The notes beneath the pieces are model-generated. The model was not told the DNA's origin, ran no database searches, and saw only the letters and a list, made by a program, of their open reading frames with translations. From NCBI GenBank assembly GCA_963754945.1, contig CAVWIG010000014.1, positions 1 to 64,000 on the forward strand: a DNA stretch of 64,000 bases, in the 5' to 3' direction. The translations under genes and the position numbers were made by a program. Below, piece by piece: positions 31,721-43,000 of this stretch. The number at the start of each line of letters is the position of its first letter. Within the stretch, counting starts at the first letter, position 1. This DNA is from Methanotrichaceae archaeon. GTDB taxonomy: Archaea; Halobacteriota; Methanosarcinia; Methanotrichales; Methanotrichaceae.

Positions 31721-32419
31721 GTGATGCTAATAGCTGTTTATGTAGCATGCAGCGTAGCCGTAGGGAACCGGCCGCTCCCCGAGCCTCTACAGAACGACGA
31801 GGTCTGCAATAATCTTAAGATAGCGGGAACTGGGATCATTGACATAGACAACTCGATTGTGGATAAGAAGCTGGCTCTTGAGTATCACAATGTAATGCAA
31901 GGAAACGGCGATATTGAGATGGACTCAACCAACACAGTCTCCCAGGCAGCCAGAAGGATTCAAGCTCCGATCAACGGCTCGACCTCGCCCATGAACCTCT
32001 ATGACACAATTAAGCTGACTTACTCAGGAAAGACCCCCCTTGTGGGAATGAAATCGATAAAGTCAGACGCCTTCTGGGGCGGCATGGGCGCACAGGTGAC
32101 AGAGTCCTTCTCTGTGACTGAGATGGATAAGATCCAGAGCACCTATTTCGCCTCCACCAGCCCGGCTACATACCTAAAGAACCCGAATGCACTAATAGAG
32201 CAGTTGAGGAACAGCCCAGTGCATGCGGTCGGCATGGATTCCAAGACAAGCTTCAACGGCACCTGGATGACCGATGCTATGTGGCATCAGATCTTCTACA
32301 AGGACGTCAAGATACACGAGGCGTTCACAGGAAAGTTCGAGGTGGAAAAGTCTATCCAGTTCCACGAGAACCCCGTACCGGAGCAGAGGTCCAACCCCTG
32401 TGCCGACTTAGATTGCTGA
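31721..32419 (+). CDS. Secreted hypothetical protein, paralog of 54300-54917
   Basis: Shared motifs GTG.I.I, S..F.G..GA.V.E.F.V...DK, F.G.W, G.F...K.IQF. Confidence 0.75.
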   Translation: MMLIAVYVACSVAVGNRPLPEPLQNDEVCNNLKIAGTGIIDIDNSIVDKKLALEYHNVMQGNGDIEMDSTNTVSQAARRIQAPINGSTSPMNLYDTIKLTYSGKTPLVGMKSIKSDAFWGGMGAQVTESFSVTEMDKIQSTYFASTSPATYLKNPNALIEQLRNSPVHAVGMDSKTSFNGTWMTDAMWHQIFYKDVKIHEAFTGKFEVEKSIQFHENPVPEQRSNPCADLDC

Positions 32420-33157
32420 TCCTAACGGATGCACATTCACGTCACGCATGACAACGAACTCGTTAGTCGATCACCCAATCTAATCACTGTCTCATAGCGC
32501 ACAAGAACTTGGGTTCCCTGGTTCCAATTTTATATAAGTAAGCTCGAGGACCAGACGAACATAGTCCTGAGCCTGAGAATAGAAATCTTACAATTTTCAA
32601 ATAAAAAGAAAGTTGCGTTTTGGTCACCACAGAGCATGTCGTGGCTGTTAAGCCTGCTAGAAACCGAAGAACAGTGGTGAAAAGAAATCAGGCGGATCGT
32701 CTTGAAGAAGAATGGTGGTTACAGGGGCGATACATACATAGAGAGTTGTTGTGTCGCCTATTGTCTCACCTCATTAATATAACGAGGGTTATTACTATTT
32801 TAACTTATTCATTTTTTGGCATAAGAACTTTTTTGGAAGTCCTTATCGATCATGCCCTTTTTTCATTTGATTTTTTAGATAGCTATAAATAATATGGTTT
32901 CGTTATAGTTTGATGTCTAGCTTCAAATACGAACCGAGGCGTGGCGAGATGTCAAGGATAGAGACTATCACAATTACAAATGGTAGAACTAAAAGCGAGA
33001 AAGATACGATTAAATTTTATGTTAAAGAAATTGGAACAATAAAAAATCTAATATTTTTTATAGTTTCATATGCATTTAAACTAAAATACTGCATAACGGG
33101 CCAAAAAGCTGCGCGAAATGGTCTATGCCCGGTGTCGGTTTTAATAGAGGTATTCTT

Positions 33158-35780
33158 ATGAAGAGGCTCTGTTTTGGATTTCTATTATTCGTAGCTTTGT
33201 TTCGTAGCTTTGCTGTTCGCCAATTCCCCAGCAGTCGAGGAAAGTCATTCCAAGCAAATTCTCATCTTAGCTTCTTATCATCCCGGTATGAAATGGGAGG
33301 ACTCAATCGACTCAGCGATAAGACTACACTTTGCTATAAACGATCCATCGGCCGTCATCAGCATTGAGTACATGGACACAAAACGAATCGATCCTAACCA
33401 GACCCGCCTTGATGCCTTAAAATCATTGTATATCAAAAAGTATAAAGACAGACATTTTGACCTAATTATAGCCTCAAATACAGATGCTTTCAATTTCTTG
33501 CTTAAAAATAGGAACGAAATTTTTCCAGGAACGCCTGTGGTCTTCTGTGGCGTTGTTAACTTTGACGACAAAATGCTGGACGGGATGCGTGGTTTTACAG
33601 GTGTTGTTGAAGCATACGATGTCGCAGACACTCTAGCTTTGATGCTCCATCTGCATCCCCACACTCAGCATATAGCGGTTGTAACCGATTTAACAACTAC
33701 TGGCAAGGCCAATCGAAATGTTCTGGACAGGATGATCTCCGACTTTAAAGGAAATGTCTCCTTTGAGTTTCTGGACAACCTTTCTGCGGATGAACTTCGA
33801 GAGCGTGTCGCTTCCCTATCCAACAACAGTCTAATCCTGCTCATGACCTTCAATCGCGACAGGAACGGTAAGGTATTGACCTATGAAGATTCCTCTGAGC
33901 TGATTCGAGAAGCAAGCCAGGCTCCAATTTACAGTGTGTATGATTTCTATCTGGGGTACGGCGTCGTGGGCGGAAAGATGATCAGTGGGACTTCTCAAGG
34001 GACTCAGGCTGCAGACTTGGCCCTTCGAGTTCTTCAGGGGGAACCAGCCGAAAAAATTCCGGTGATAAAAAAGAGCTCCAACTATTACATGTTTGATATG
34101 TTCGAGCTAAACCGTTTCGGCATTCCTCTCGCCAGCCTACCGAACGATAGCGTTATCATTAACACGCCTTTCCACAGTAGAGCCAACCTTATTGGCTTGA
34201 ATTTAAGCGGACTAAACTTGACCAATGTTAACCTTAGCCGAGCTGAGATGCAAGGGTCAAATATGAACAGGACGAATTTGAGTGGGGCTAACCTGGCAGG
34301 AGCCAGCATGTGCAACGCGTGGCTGATTAAGGCCAATTTGACTGGTTCAAATATGGAAGAAGCTGACATTTGCGAATCGAATATTTCAGGGGCTAGTCTT
34401 AATGGTGCAATCCTCGTCGGGTCCGACTTGATAGGCTCGAACCTTACCGGTGCAGATATTACAGGGGCAAATCTTGAACAGGCCAGGATAAACCAGTCAA
34501 AACTTTTGGGCGCGATTCTGGATAATGCAAACTTGGCAGCCGTAAATCTGAGCAGATCTGATCTGACCGGTGCGCATATTGCAGGAGCATATTTGAGGCG
34601 TGCCAGGATTCGTGATGCTGTACTGGTTGGAGCCAATCTGACTAGAGCGGACCTTATTGGAGCGAGTCTGATTAACTCAACCATCTCTATGGCTGACCTC
34701 TCAGGAGCGGATATCTCAGAGGCCCGGTGCTCAGGAGCAAATTTCTTTGGCTCCAGGTTTGTTAAATCGAATTTAGTTTTTACCAATCTAACCAATACGA
34801 ACCTCAGTACTGCAGACCTCTCCAGATCTGATCTCAATATGTCGGGGCTACACGGCTCAAATCTTTCAAAAACCAATCTATCGGGTGCCAATCTCGAAAA
34901 TGCCATGATAGACCATGCCAGGTTGGTTGGAGCCGTGCTTAATGGAGCTAACTTGAAGGGAGCGCGATTGGTCAACTCTGACCTGTCAGGTTCCAATCTG
35001 ATCCAGGCCGATCTTACCGATGCCTGGCTTAGTGGAGCCAATCTAACTGGTGCCAATCTGATTGGAGCTAGGTTATGGGGTGCGGACCTCAGCCTCGCTA
35101 TCCTGAAAGGTGCGTATCTGAGCAGGACAACCTTGATAGGGGCCAGAATTAATTGGGCGGATCTGAGCGGCAGCAGTCTCACAAATTGTCAGTTCTCCAG
35201 AGCGGAACTTCTTGGAGCCAACCTGAGCAATTCTGACCTAACCGGTTCAGACTTCACCCGAGCATATCTGGTGAGATGCAATTTATCGGGTTGTACTCTG
35301 AAGGACACCAAACTAGATTACTTAGATCTTACCAACGCAAATCTGCGAAATGCCCGCCTAAGCGGAGTTAGATTCGTGAACGTGTATATGGACAGCGCAG
35401 ATTTGTCCGGCGCGGACCTTGCTGGGTCCTACCTTTATGGAGTGACCCTAAATGGAACTGTGTGGCATAAGGCGAACATGAGAGCGTCCAAAATAATTTT
35501 AATGAACTTCTTGAATGTGGACTTCAGTGGAACAGATTTGAGAAATACCCGTTTCGCTGAGACCTATATGAATAACACAAACTTTTCGGGCGCTGATCTG
35601 AGTGGTGCGGTCTTTGATACGACTGCCTTCGAAAATTCTGATTTTAGGGGTGCAAATCTCCAGAGGATCAAGTACGACACGATAGCTCTTCAGTTTTTTG
35701 CCGCATCCAAACTCGATGGGGCAAAGATGAGTGCCGATCTTCAGAAAGATCTCGATAAGTTGAAGGCTGGGAAAGCATGA
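33158..35780 (+). CDS. ABC-substrate-binding-like sensor domain fused to a long pentapeptide-repeat array; signal peptide out of frame owing to a 13-bp duplication (open frame 33210-35780)
   Basis: ILILASYHPG..W, IEYMDTKR, FPGTPVVFCGV, GVVGG, followed by about 500 aa of A(D/N)LxX repeats. Confidence 0.88.
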
Positions 35781-35895
35781 GAAATAATCCCTTACTTAGT
35801 TACTATGTTGAGAAGTTCGAACTCATCGGCAGATAAATCTGAGACCAACAAATCCATTGAATGAACGAATGAAGGACGACCAGGAGATGCATTGA

Positions 35896-36204
35896 TTGAT
35901 CCAATTTTTGTCTTTTATAAAAGAGATTCATCCTTACCTGGTCGTAATCTTCGTCCTTCTGGCATTCTTGTCCATTTCTCCTATATCCTCTGGCGTAGCT
36001 GATAAGTCGGAGCTAATGAAGCTGATCTTGGGGAACGAAGATCCCCTTATAAACGTAAACGACCTGGCATTCCTTCTGGTTACCCACAATTTTGATGCCA
36101 TTCCCAAAATGGGTTTTGTCGAGGTCCGTCTAAACAAAACGGTTTACAAGTTGGTGCCAAATGGACCCTATCCTGGGCTTGCTAATGTAACCATAGAGTC
36201 TTGA
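35896..36204 (+). CDS. Small secreted protein, 'DLAFxLxTH' family
   Basis: NDLAFLLVTHNFDAIPK...YKLVPNGPYPGLA. Confidence 0.78.
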   Translation: MIQFLSFIKEIHPYLVVIFVLLAFLSISPISSGVADKSELMKLILGNEDPLINVNDLAFLLVTHNFDAIPKMGFVEVRLNKTVYKLVPNGPYPGLANVTIES

Positions 36205-36414
36205 CGGGTACAAGCCTTCACAGGAAATTTTTTGACAATCCCATTGCAATAGCCGTATGCACCGATGTCAATTCTCATTGCAGTTGTTTGAGTGAAGATT
36301 CATCAAGAAAACCCACTATGGTAGCTTCATCAATTTGTCCAAGCTTATAGATTGTTTTGCAGGTCAGCTTTTCCCGCAGACAAACCATAAAGGGCGCGGC
36401 AAAAGATAAGAACG

Positions 36415-37584
36415 TCACTTACCTGCCGGGACCGAGAGCGCTTTGATGTCTGCTTTAAGGTTATCTGAAATCTTTGCTCCGTCCATCTTTGCTTTGGACA
36501 GAGAGTAAAGGGTAAACTGATCATATTTTATCCCTTCAAGGTTAGCTCCGCTCAAATCTACTCCCGTCATCTCCACTTGATTCAAGGTGGCCCCTCTGAG
36601 ATCCGCACCAGTCATATTTGCATTGGTCAAGAAGTCCATGATCAGATTGCCGTCCTTGATTGAAGCCCCTCTCATATCCAGGCCCCTCAAGTCGAGTTCA
36701 CGAAGATTGACCCTGTCGAGCTTTATTGACCTCAGCATTGCTCCCATCAACCGGACTGCACTTAAGTCGGCGTCAGATAGATCTGCTCCGGAGAGGTTTG
36801 CCCTGGTCATATCGGCATAGGGCAGCGTTGCGGAAGTCAGAGTAGCGCCTATCAGCTTTGCCTCGGTCATATCAGCATATGCAAGATTAGCAGAGTTCAT
36901 CTTGGCTCTCGTGAGATCAGTCCGCATCAGGTAAGCCCTTGTAAAGTCAGAATTGCTGAGGTCTGCATTGCTCAAGTTGGTGCCGTAAAGCTCGGCCCTG
37001 GAGAACTGACCTTTTGATAAGTAGCTTCCACTCATATCCGTCCAGCTTAAATGGGCACCTATCATATTGGCATTGACCAGATAGATATCTCGCATGTTGG
37101 AACCACTCAGGTCGGTTCGAAAGAGCCTTGCACCGGTCAGATCGGCACCTGTCAGATCTGAGTCCGACAGATCCGACTCGGTCAGATCTGTTTTGATAAG
37201 GCGAGCCCCAACGAGCTTCACTTTGGACATCCGGGCCCTTACTAGAACGGATTCGGATAGATCTGACCCGTTTAGATCAGCCCCATTGATCACTGCACCG
37301 GTCAGATCGGCCCGTATCAATTTGGCATCCTGGAGATGAGACTCCATCAACCAGGCCGACCTCAAATAGGTTCCATTCAAATTGGAGCTGTTGAGATTTG
37401 ATCCTTGAATGTTCGATTGGTTCAGATGCGCTCCAGCTAAATCTATATGAGAGAGGTTCATGCAAGTAAGATTAGCGCGATCTGCCACCTTTCCCGTGAG
37501 GTCCATAGACAGCCCTTCAGCCACGAGGCAACTTGCTAAGATAATTGCGCCAACCGCAAAGTGAACCAATTGGATCGACCTCAT
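36415..37584 (-). CDS. Secreted pentapeptide-repeat protein
   Basis: Signal peptide; about 330 aa of pentapeptide repeats; C-terminal cap shared with the 33210 protein. Confidence 0.92.
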   Translation of the reverse strand: MRSIQLVHFAVGAIILASCLVAEGLSMDLTGKVADRANLTCMNLSHIDLAGAHLNQSNIQGSNLNSSNLNGTYLRSAWLMESHLQDAKLIRADLTGAVINGADLNGSDLSESVLVRARMSKVKLVGARLIKTDLTESDLSDSDLTGADLTGARLFRTDLSGSNMRDIYLVNANMIGAHLSWTDMSGSYLSKGQFSRAELYGTNLSNADLSNSDFTRAYLMRTDLTRAKMNSANLAYADMTEAKLIGATLTSATLPYADMTRANLSGADLSDADLSAVRLMGAMLRSIKLDRVNLRELDLRGLDMRGASIKDGNLIMDFLTNANMTGADLRGATLNQVEMTGVDLSGANLEGIKYDQFTLYSLSKAKMDGAKISDNLKADIKALSVPAGK

Positions 37585-37801
37585 CTATCCTCCCACATCA
37601 ACCTATTATTCGATACAACTATTTTTTCCAACACTAGCTCTTCGTTCTTCTGCCACCGTATTAGCTCTTGTATCGTCTTCTACAACCAAACCACGTCGCG
37701 CCTTTTTTGTACATGAACCTGAGCAGTTATTCCGCGATTTAGATAAGGATCTGTTATACGTAACATCATTATAAGGTTAATGGTGACGTTCACAATATTG
37801 T

Positions 37802-38476
37802 TTAACTCAATTTCCAGCTTGGATTAATCGAATCCAGATATTTTATATCATCGAAGCTGTAGGGAGCCGTATAATATACATCATCTGTCATGACTCCGTA
37901 ATAACTATCAACGGCCAGCCATTTTCCGCGCCGGTCCTTGTCTTCTACCGTTACCCAAAGGTGTCCCTGGGTGTATCCGCCTGCACTGGGATCGTACATG
38001 TAAGATATGTTATATCCAAAGCTACTGTAAGTTCTGGCAACTTGCTGAGATCCATCGAAGCACATTCCCAGAGGTGCAACGGGAAATATAAGTGTTCTAG
38101 TGACTGCCTTTATGAAATCTGGGTTTGTGGCCTTGGCGTAGGTCAGATTTTTCTTTATGGCTTCAGTTGGAATTACTCTAATGGGACCCGAAGCTTGTGT
38201 TGGCGGTGTCATCCACAGATCAGCGAGGCCAGGCGAGGCACCGTTGGGCGTCAGATACACCTCTTTGTTGCTGGAGAACTTCACGGTCACATACGTATCG
38301 TGGGGCTCAGCATTGTAGCCGTGGGTCTCCAGAAAGAAGGCCAGATCTTTTACGGTGATGCCTAAGTCCTCGTAGCTGGATAGCAACAACCAGAGGTCAT
38401 TCTCTTCTGTCCCACTGCAATATAAGACTAATATGAATAATGCAGCGACGACTATAGCACCGACTACCTTAATCAC
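37802..38476 (-). CDS. Secreted protein: 'DLAFxLxTH' domain plus transglutaminase-like (Cys-His-Asp) domain
   Basis: KDLAFFLETH...TPNGASPGLADL, then GMCFD / GHLWV / WLAVD. Confidence 0.75.
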   Translation of the reverse strand: MIKVVGAIVVAALFILVLYCSGTEENDLWLLLSSYEDLGITVKDLAFFLETHGYNAEPHDTYVTVKFSSNKEVYLTPNGASPGLADLWMTPPTQASGPIRVIPTEAIKKNLTYAKATNPDFIKAVTRTLIFPVAPLGMCFDGSQQVARTYSSFGYNISYMYDPSAGGYTQGHLWVTVEDKDRRGKWLAVDSYYGVMTDDVYYTAPYSFDDIKYLDSINPSWKLS

Positions 38477-38605
38477 GCGAGTCCTCTGAAGTCTTTGATT
38501 CTCCTATTGTCTACAATTAATATATTAAGTATGCGTTGCACAATAGGCTCCATCATTGAGCATATTTATGATCGTGGATTGGATTTGCGTGATTAGATTC
38601 TGTAT

Positions 38606-39876
38606 GGCAGTGTAACGATTTTTCTGTACTTTGATAATAAGAATGATTATCGGCCCTGTATCCTATCCAATCTTGAGAAAAGGAGGACACAGGACCATGA
38701 TACCCATAGCACTCTTGGAAGATTACCTTATCGATCAGGAAGATGGACTAAAGAAGCTTCTGACCTGGTTCTTGAACCTTGTAATGCAGCTAGAAGCGGC
38801 GCAACAGGCAGATGCAGAACCGTATCAGAGAGTCGAATCCCGAAAGGCACATAGGAATGGCTACAAGGAAAGATCTCTGAAGACGCGAGTTGGAGAGCTC
38901 CGACTCAAGAAACCTCAATTCCGTGAAATTTCCTTCGAAACCAAGGTGTTCGACAGATTTTCGCGCGTAGAGAAGGCTTTGGTCAACGCTGTACTCGAAT
39001 CGTATCTCCAGGGGGTTTCAACCAGGAGAATCCAAGATATTGTCTCTCGATTTGGCATCGAGAATTTATCTGCCTCTAGCGTTTCCAGGATATCCAAAGA
39101 GCTTGACGAGAAGGTAGAAGAATTCCTGAAGAAACCTATCGAACGTCCTATTCCTTATCTTTATGTAGATGCAAGCTACTTCAAAGTAAGAACAGAATCA
39201 AGATATGTTACCAAAGCTTTCATGATCGTCACAGGTGTTAGAGATGACGGTTATCGCGAGATACTTGGCGCAAGAATAGCTGACAGTGAAGATGAACTCT
39301 TCTGGTCGGGATTATTTCAAGATCTGGCGGATCGTGGGTTGTCCGGAGTAAAGCTCGTGATATCAGATGGTCATAAGGGAATCCAGAAAGCGGTTGAGAA
39401 ATCATTTCTTGGTGCTTCATGGCAAATGTGTCACGTTCACTTTTCAAGAGCGGTCTTGAGAAACGTTGCCAAGAAGTATCATAAGGAGATCGCCGATAAG
39501 ATCAAGATCGCTCTGGAAGACGAAATCAAGATACAGGACTTAGCGAAAGAATTGAGGGAAAGAGGTTATGCGAAATCTGCTGACACTATCGACCGCTTCA
39601 GATTCAGTCTGTGGAATTACAGGGCATTCCCCAGAGGTCACTGGAGAAGGATTCGGACTACAAACGGGCTGGAGAGGATCAACAAGGAGCTGAAAAGAAG
39701 ATCCAGGGTAGTCGGTGCCTTCCCAAGTGAGAGCTCGTTCATGAGGTTAGGGGTTTCGATCCTCATCGATATCAACGAAGAATGGCTGACCGCTAAAAAG
39801 TATTTATCTATGGATGCTGATTGAGTATGTTGGGATACAGGGCAACTCCAAATTACAGAAATCTCGGCACACTACC
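38606..39876 (+). mobile_element. IS256-family insertion sequence
   Basis: Imperfect IRs GGCAGTGTAACGATTTTTCTGTA / GGTAGTGTGCCGAGATTTCTGTA (rc); 8-bp TSD TTCTGTAT at 38598-38605 and 39877-39884. Confidence 0.96.
38697..39824 (+). CDS. IS256 (mutator) transposase
   Basis: RNGYKERSLKTRVG, GVSTR, YVDA, ISDGHKG, WQMCHVH, RTTNGLERINKELKRR. Confidence 0.96.
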   Translation: MIPIALLEDYLIDQEDGLKKLLTWFLNLVMQLEAAQQADAEPYQRVESRKAHRNGYKERSLKTRVGELRLKKPQFREISFETKVFDRFSRVEKALVNAVLESYLQGVSTRRIQDIVSRFGIENLSASSVSRISKELDEKVEEFLKKPIERPIPYLYVDASYFKVRTESRYVTKAFMIVTGVRDDGYREILGARIADSEDELFWSGLFQDLADRGLSGVKLVISDGHKGIQKAVEKSFLGASWQMCHVHFSRAVLRNVAKKYHKEIADKIKIALEDEIKIQDLAKELRERGYAKSADTIDRFRFSLWNYRAFPRGHWRRIRTTNGLERINKELKRRSRVVGAFPSESSFMRLGVSILIDINEEWLTAKKYLSMDAD

Positions 39877-40061
39877 TTCTGTATTCCTTGGCATGGCATT
39901 TCTTGGAGAAGGAGTGTATATTATATTAGCGAATTGAATATATTATTTTATTCGAACGTCTTGCGTTGCTAGAGCTTATTATTAAGAGTTGTTTCTTAAC
40001 AAACATCAGTAATTATTTAAACTAATCCCGAAGAGAGATACGCTCAATCACAATTTTTAAC

Positions 40062-43000
40062 ATGAGGGGAAAGATGGCAAAATCGGAGAAGGACAAAACC
40101 AGTCTGAGTGAAGATGAATTTAGTAAGCAATTCCATTATGAAGCGAATTCGGACCGACGGTTTGCTGACGTAGTGAATTTCCTTCCTGACCCAACCTTTG
40201 TCATAGATAAAGAAGGCATTGTCATCGCCTGGAACCGGGCCATTGAGGACCTAACTGGCATCACGGCCCAAGATATATTAGGCAAAGGGAACTGTGAGTA
40301 TGCTGTTCCATTCTATGGAGTCAAACGACCTGTTTTGGTTGATCTGGTCTTCCACCAAGATCTAAAACTAGAGTCAGAATATAATAGCTTGCAAAGAGAT
40401 GGCATGAACCTTACAGGCGAGTTATTCTTGCCATTCTTTGGCAAGAATGGCTCTTACATTTGGGCTAAGGCTGCCCCGCTATATGACGACTCAGGCAATA
40501 TTATCGGGGCAGTAGAATCCTTGCGCGATATAACGGAACGCAAAGAGGCAGAAGAAGCTCTCAAGGAAAGCGAGGCCAAGTTCCGGCTGCTGTTCGAACG
40601 ATCTGCTGATGCCATGTTTCTGTTAGACGGCGAGAAGTTCATCGACTGCAACAGAGCTGCTATGGATATGATGAAATGCACTACAAAGCAAGAGCTACTG
40701 AATCTTCATCCATCTCAAACTGCCCCGGATAGACAGCCAGACGGTAGTCTATCCTTTGAAAAGGCAGAGGAGATGATGAGAATTGCCTTTGAAAAGGGAA
40801 CACATAGATTCGAATGGGTCCGTCGCAGAACCAATGCCGAAGAGTTTCCTGTCGAGGTTACGCTAACAGCGATCCCCTGGAAAGGCAAGCAGATCTTACA
40901 CGTCGTAGTAAAAGATATAACTGAACAAAAGCTCGCTGAAAAAGCCTTAAAGGAATCCGAGAATAAATATAGAACCATTTTTGAGAATACGTGTGCAGCC
41001 ACAGTTATACTTGAAGAAGATACTATCGTATCGCTTGCCAATGCAGAATTCGAAAAGTTAACCGGTTATTCAAAGGGAGAGATAGAAGGCAAAAAAAGCT
41101 GGACAGAGTTCGTCGAAACAGAAGACCTGGAAAAAATGATAAAGATGCATCGTCTAAGAAGAGAAAATCAGGATCTGTCTCCCAAAAGCTATGAGTTTCG
41201 GCTAACGGATAAAAGGGGTCAGATCAAGGATATTCTATTGACCGTTGACATGATCCCCGGAACAAAAAAAAGTGTTGCCTCTCTTTTGGACATCAGCAAG
41301 CGAAAACAAGCTGAAATTGCCTATCAAGAGAATTTGAGATTTCTTCAAAATTTGATTGATGCCATTCCAAACTCTATCTTTTACAAAGACACAAAAGGTA
41401 TTTATCAGGGCTGTAATTCCGCCCTTGAGAAATTCTTGGGTTTGAGCAAAGAGGACATTATAGGAAAATCGGTATACGACTTATATTCGATTGATCTCGC
41501 CGATAGCTACAATAAAATGGATCAGGCGCTATTTGCCAAGCCCGGCTCCAAGGTCTATGAATCTTCTTTGCACTATGTTGATGGCACAATGCACGATGTC
41601 ATCTTCAACAAGGCCACTTATACTGATGCAAACGGCAGATTATCCGGGCTGGTAGGGATCGTCCTCGACATAACAAAACGCAAGCGTGCGGAGGAGGCGC
41701 TGCGTGCATCACATCAAATCATCGAAGGAATTATCAACGCGATACCTGTAAGAGTATTCTGGAAGGATAGAAATCTCGTTTACTTGGGCTGTAATGCGAT
41801 ATTCGCGCACGATGCGGGTTTTGCCGATCCGAAAGACGTAGTCGGCAAAGATGATTACCAGATGGGGTGGCGTGACCAGGCGGAATTATATCGCAGCGAT
41901 GACTGTCAGGTCATCGAAAGCGGCCGCCCCAAATTACTCATCGAAGAACCCCAGACGACCCCCGAAGGGAACACCATCGTTCTTCTTACGAGCAAGATAC
42001 CTTTGCGCAGTTCTGAGGGGAAGATCATCGGCGTGCTCGGAACGTATATGGATATCACTGAGCGCAAGCGGACGGAGGAAGCGCTGCAGGAGAGTGAGGA
42101 GCGTTTCAAAGCTCAATACCAGGGTAGCCCTGCTCCTACGTTTACGTGGCAAAAGCACGGGGCCGACTTTGTACTTGTAGATTTCAACGAGGCTGCAAAG
42201 GCTATCACCGATGGGAAGGTCACTGAGTTCGTTGGACTAAAGGCAAGTGAATTGTACGCAGATAGACCGGAAATACTGCGAGATCTCCTACGGTGTCATG
42301 ATGAAAGAGAAGTCATAAAAAGAGAGATCAGATCCCAGAATTTCGTGCCTGGTGCACTTGTAGTAACCACTTTTGCATCTGTTCCGCCTGACCTAGTATT
42401 GGTGCACTTGGAAGATATCTCCGAGCGCAAGCGAATGGAGAAAGATCTGAATCGGTCGCGGGATGATTTGAAGCAGCGGGTTAGAGCGCGGACTGCAGAC
42501 CTTGAGGCTAAGAACGCGGAGATGGAGCGATTCATCTACACGGTTTCTCATGACCTGAGGACTCCACTGATAAGCATGAGCGGTTTCCTGGGCTTTCTCA
42601 AAGCAGATGCAGAGAAGGGCGACATGAAACGATTGGATGCTGATCTTCGAATTGTCAGTGACGCCGTTACAAAAATGGACAGACTTCTTCTAGAAACCTT
42701 AGAACTATCCAGGATAGGTCGCATTATCAGTCCTCCGGAAAATGTGCCATTCAGAGAAATCGTCAGCGAAGCCCTTGCGCAGTCTTCAGCAAAGATGAGT
42801 TCTAAGAATGTCTTAGTCACGGTGGAAGAGGATTTGCCTATCGTCCAGGTAGACAGGATGAAGCTTGTGGAAGTCCTGGTAAATCTATTCGAAAATAGTG
42901 TGAAGTACATGGGCGATCAGCCACAACCGGAGATAGCGATAGGCAAACGATTGGACGGTGAAAATACCGTCTTCTTTGTCCGTGACAACGGAATCGGAAT

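Noticed and set aside
32620-33161. Short ORFs in the AT-rich region upstream of the pentapeptide locus
   Set aside because: TTG starts, low complexity and no motifs; more likely promoter or intergenic DNA.
34085-35182. 365-aa minus-strand repetitive ORF, and similar ORFs at 36587 and 37094
   Set aside because: These are antisense shadows of pentapeptide-repeat codons.
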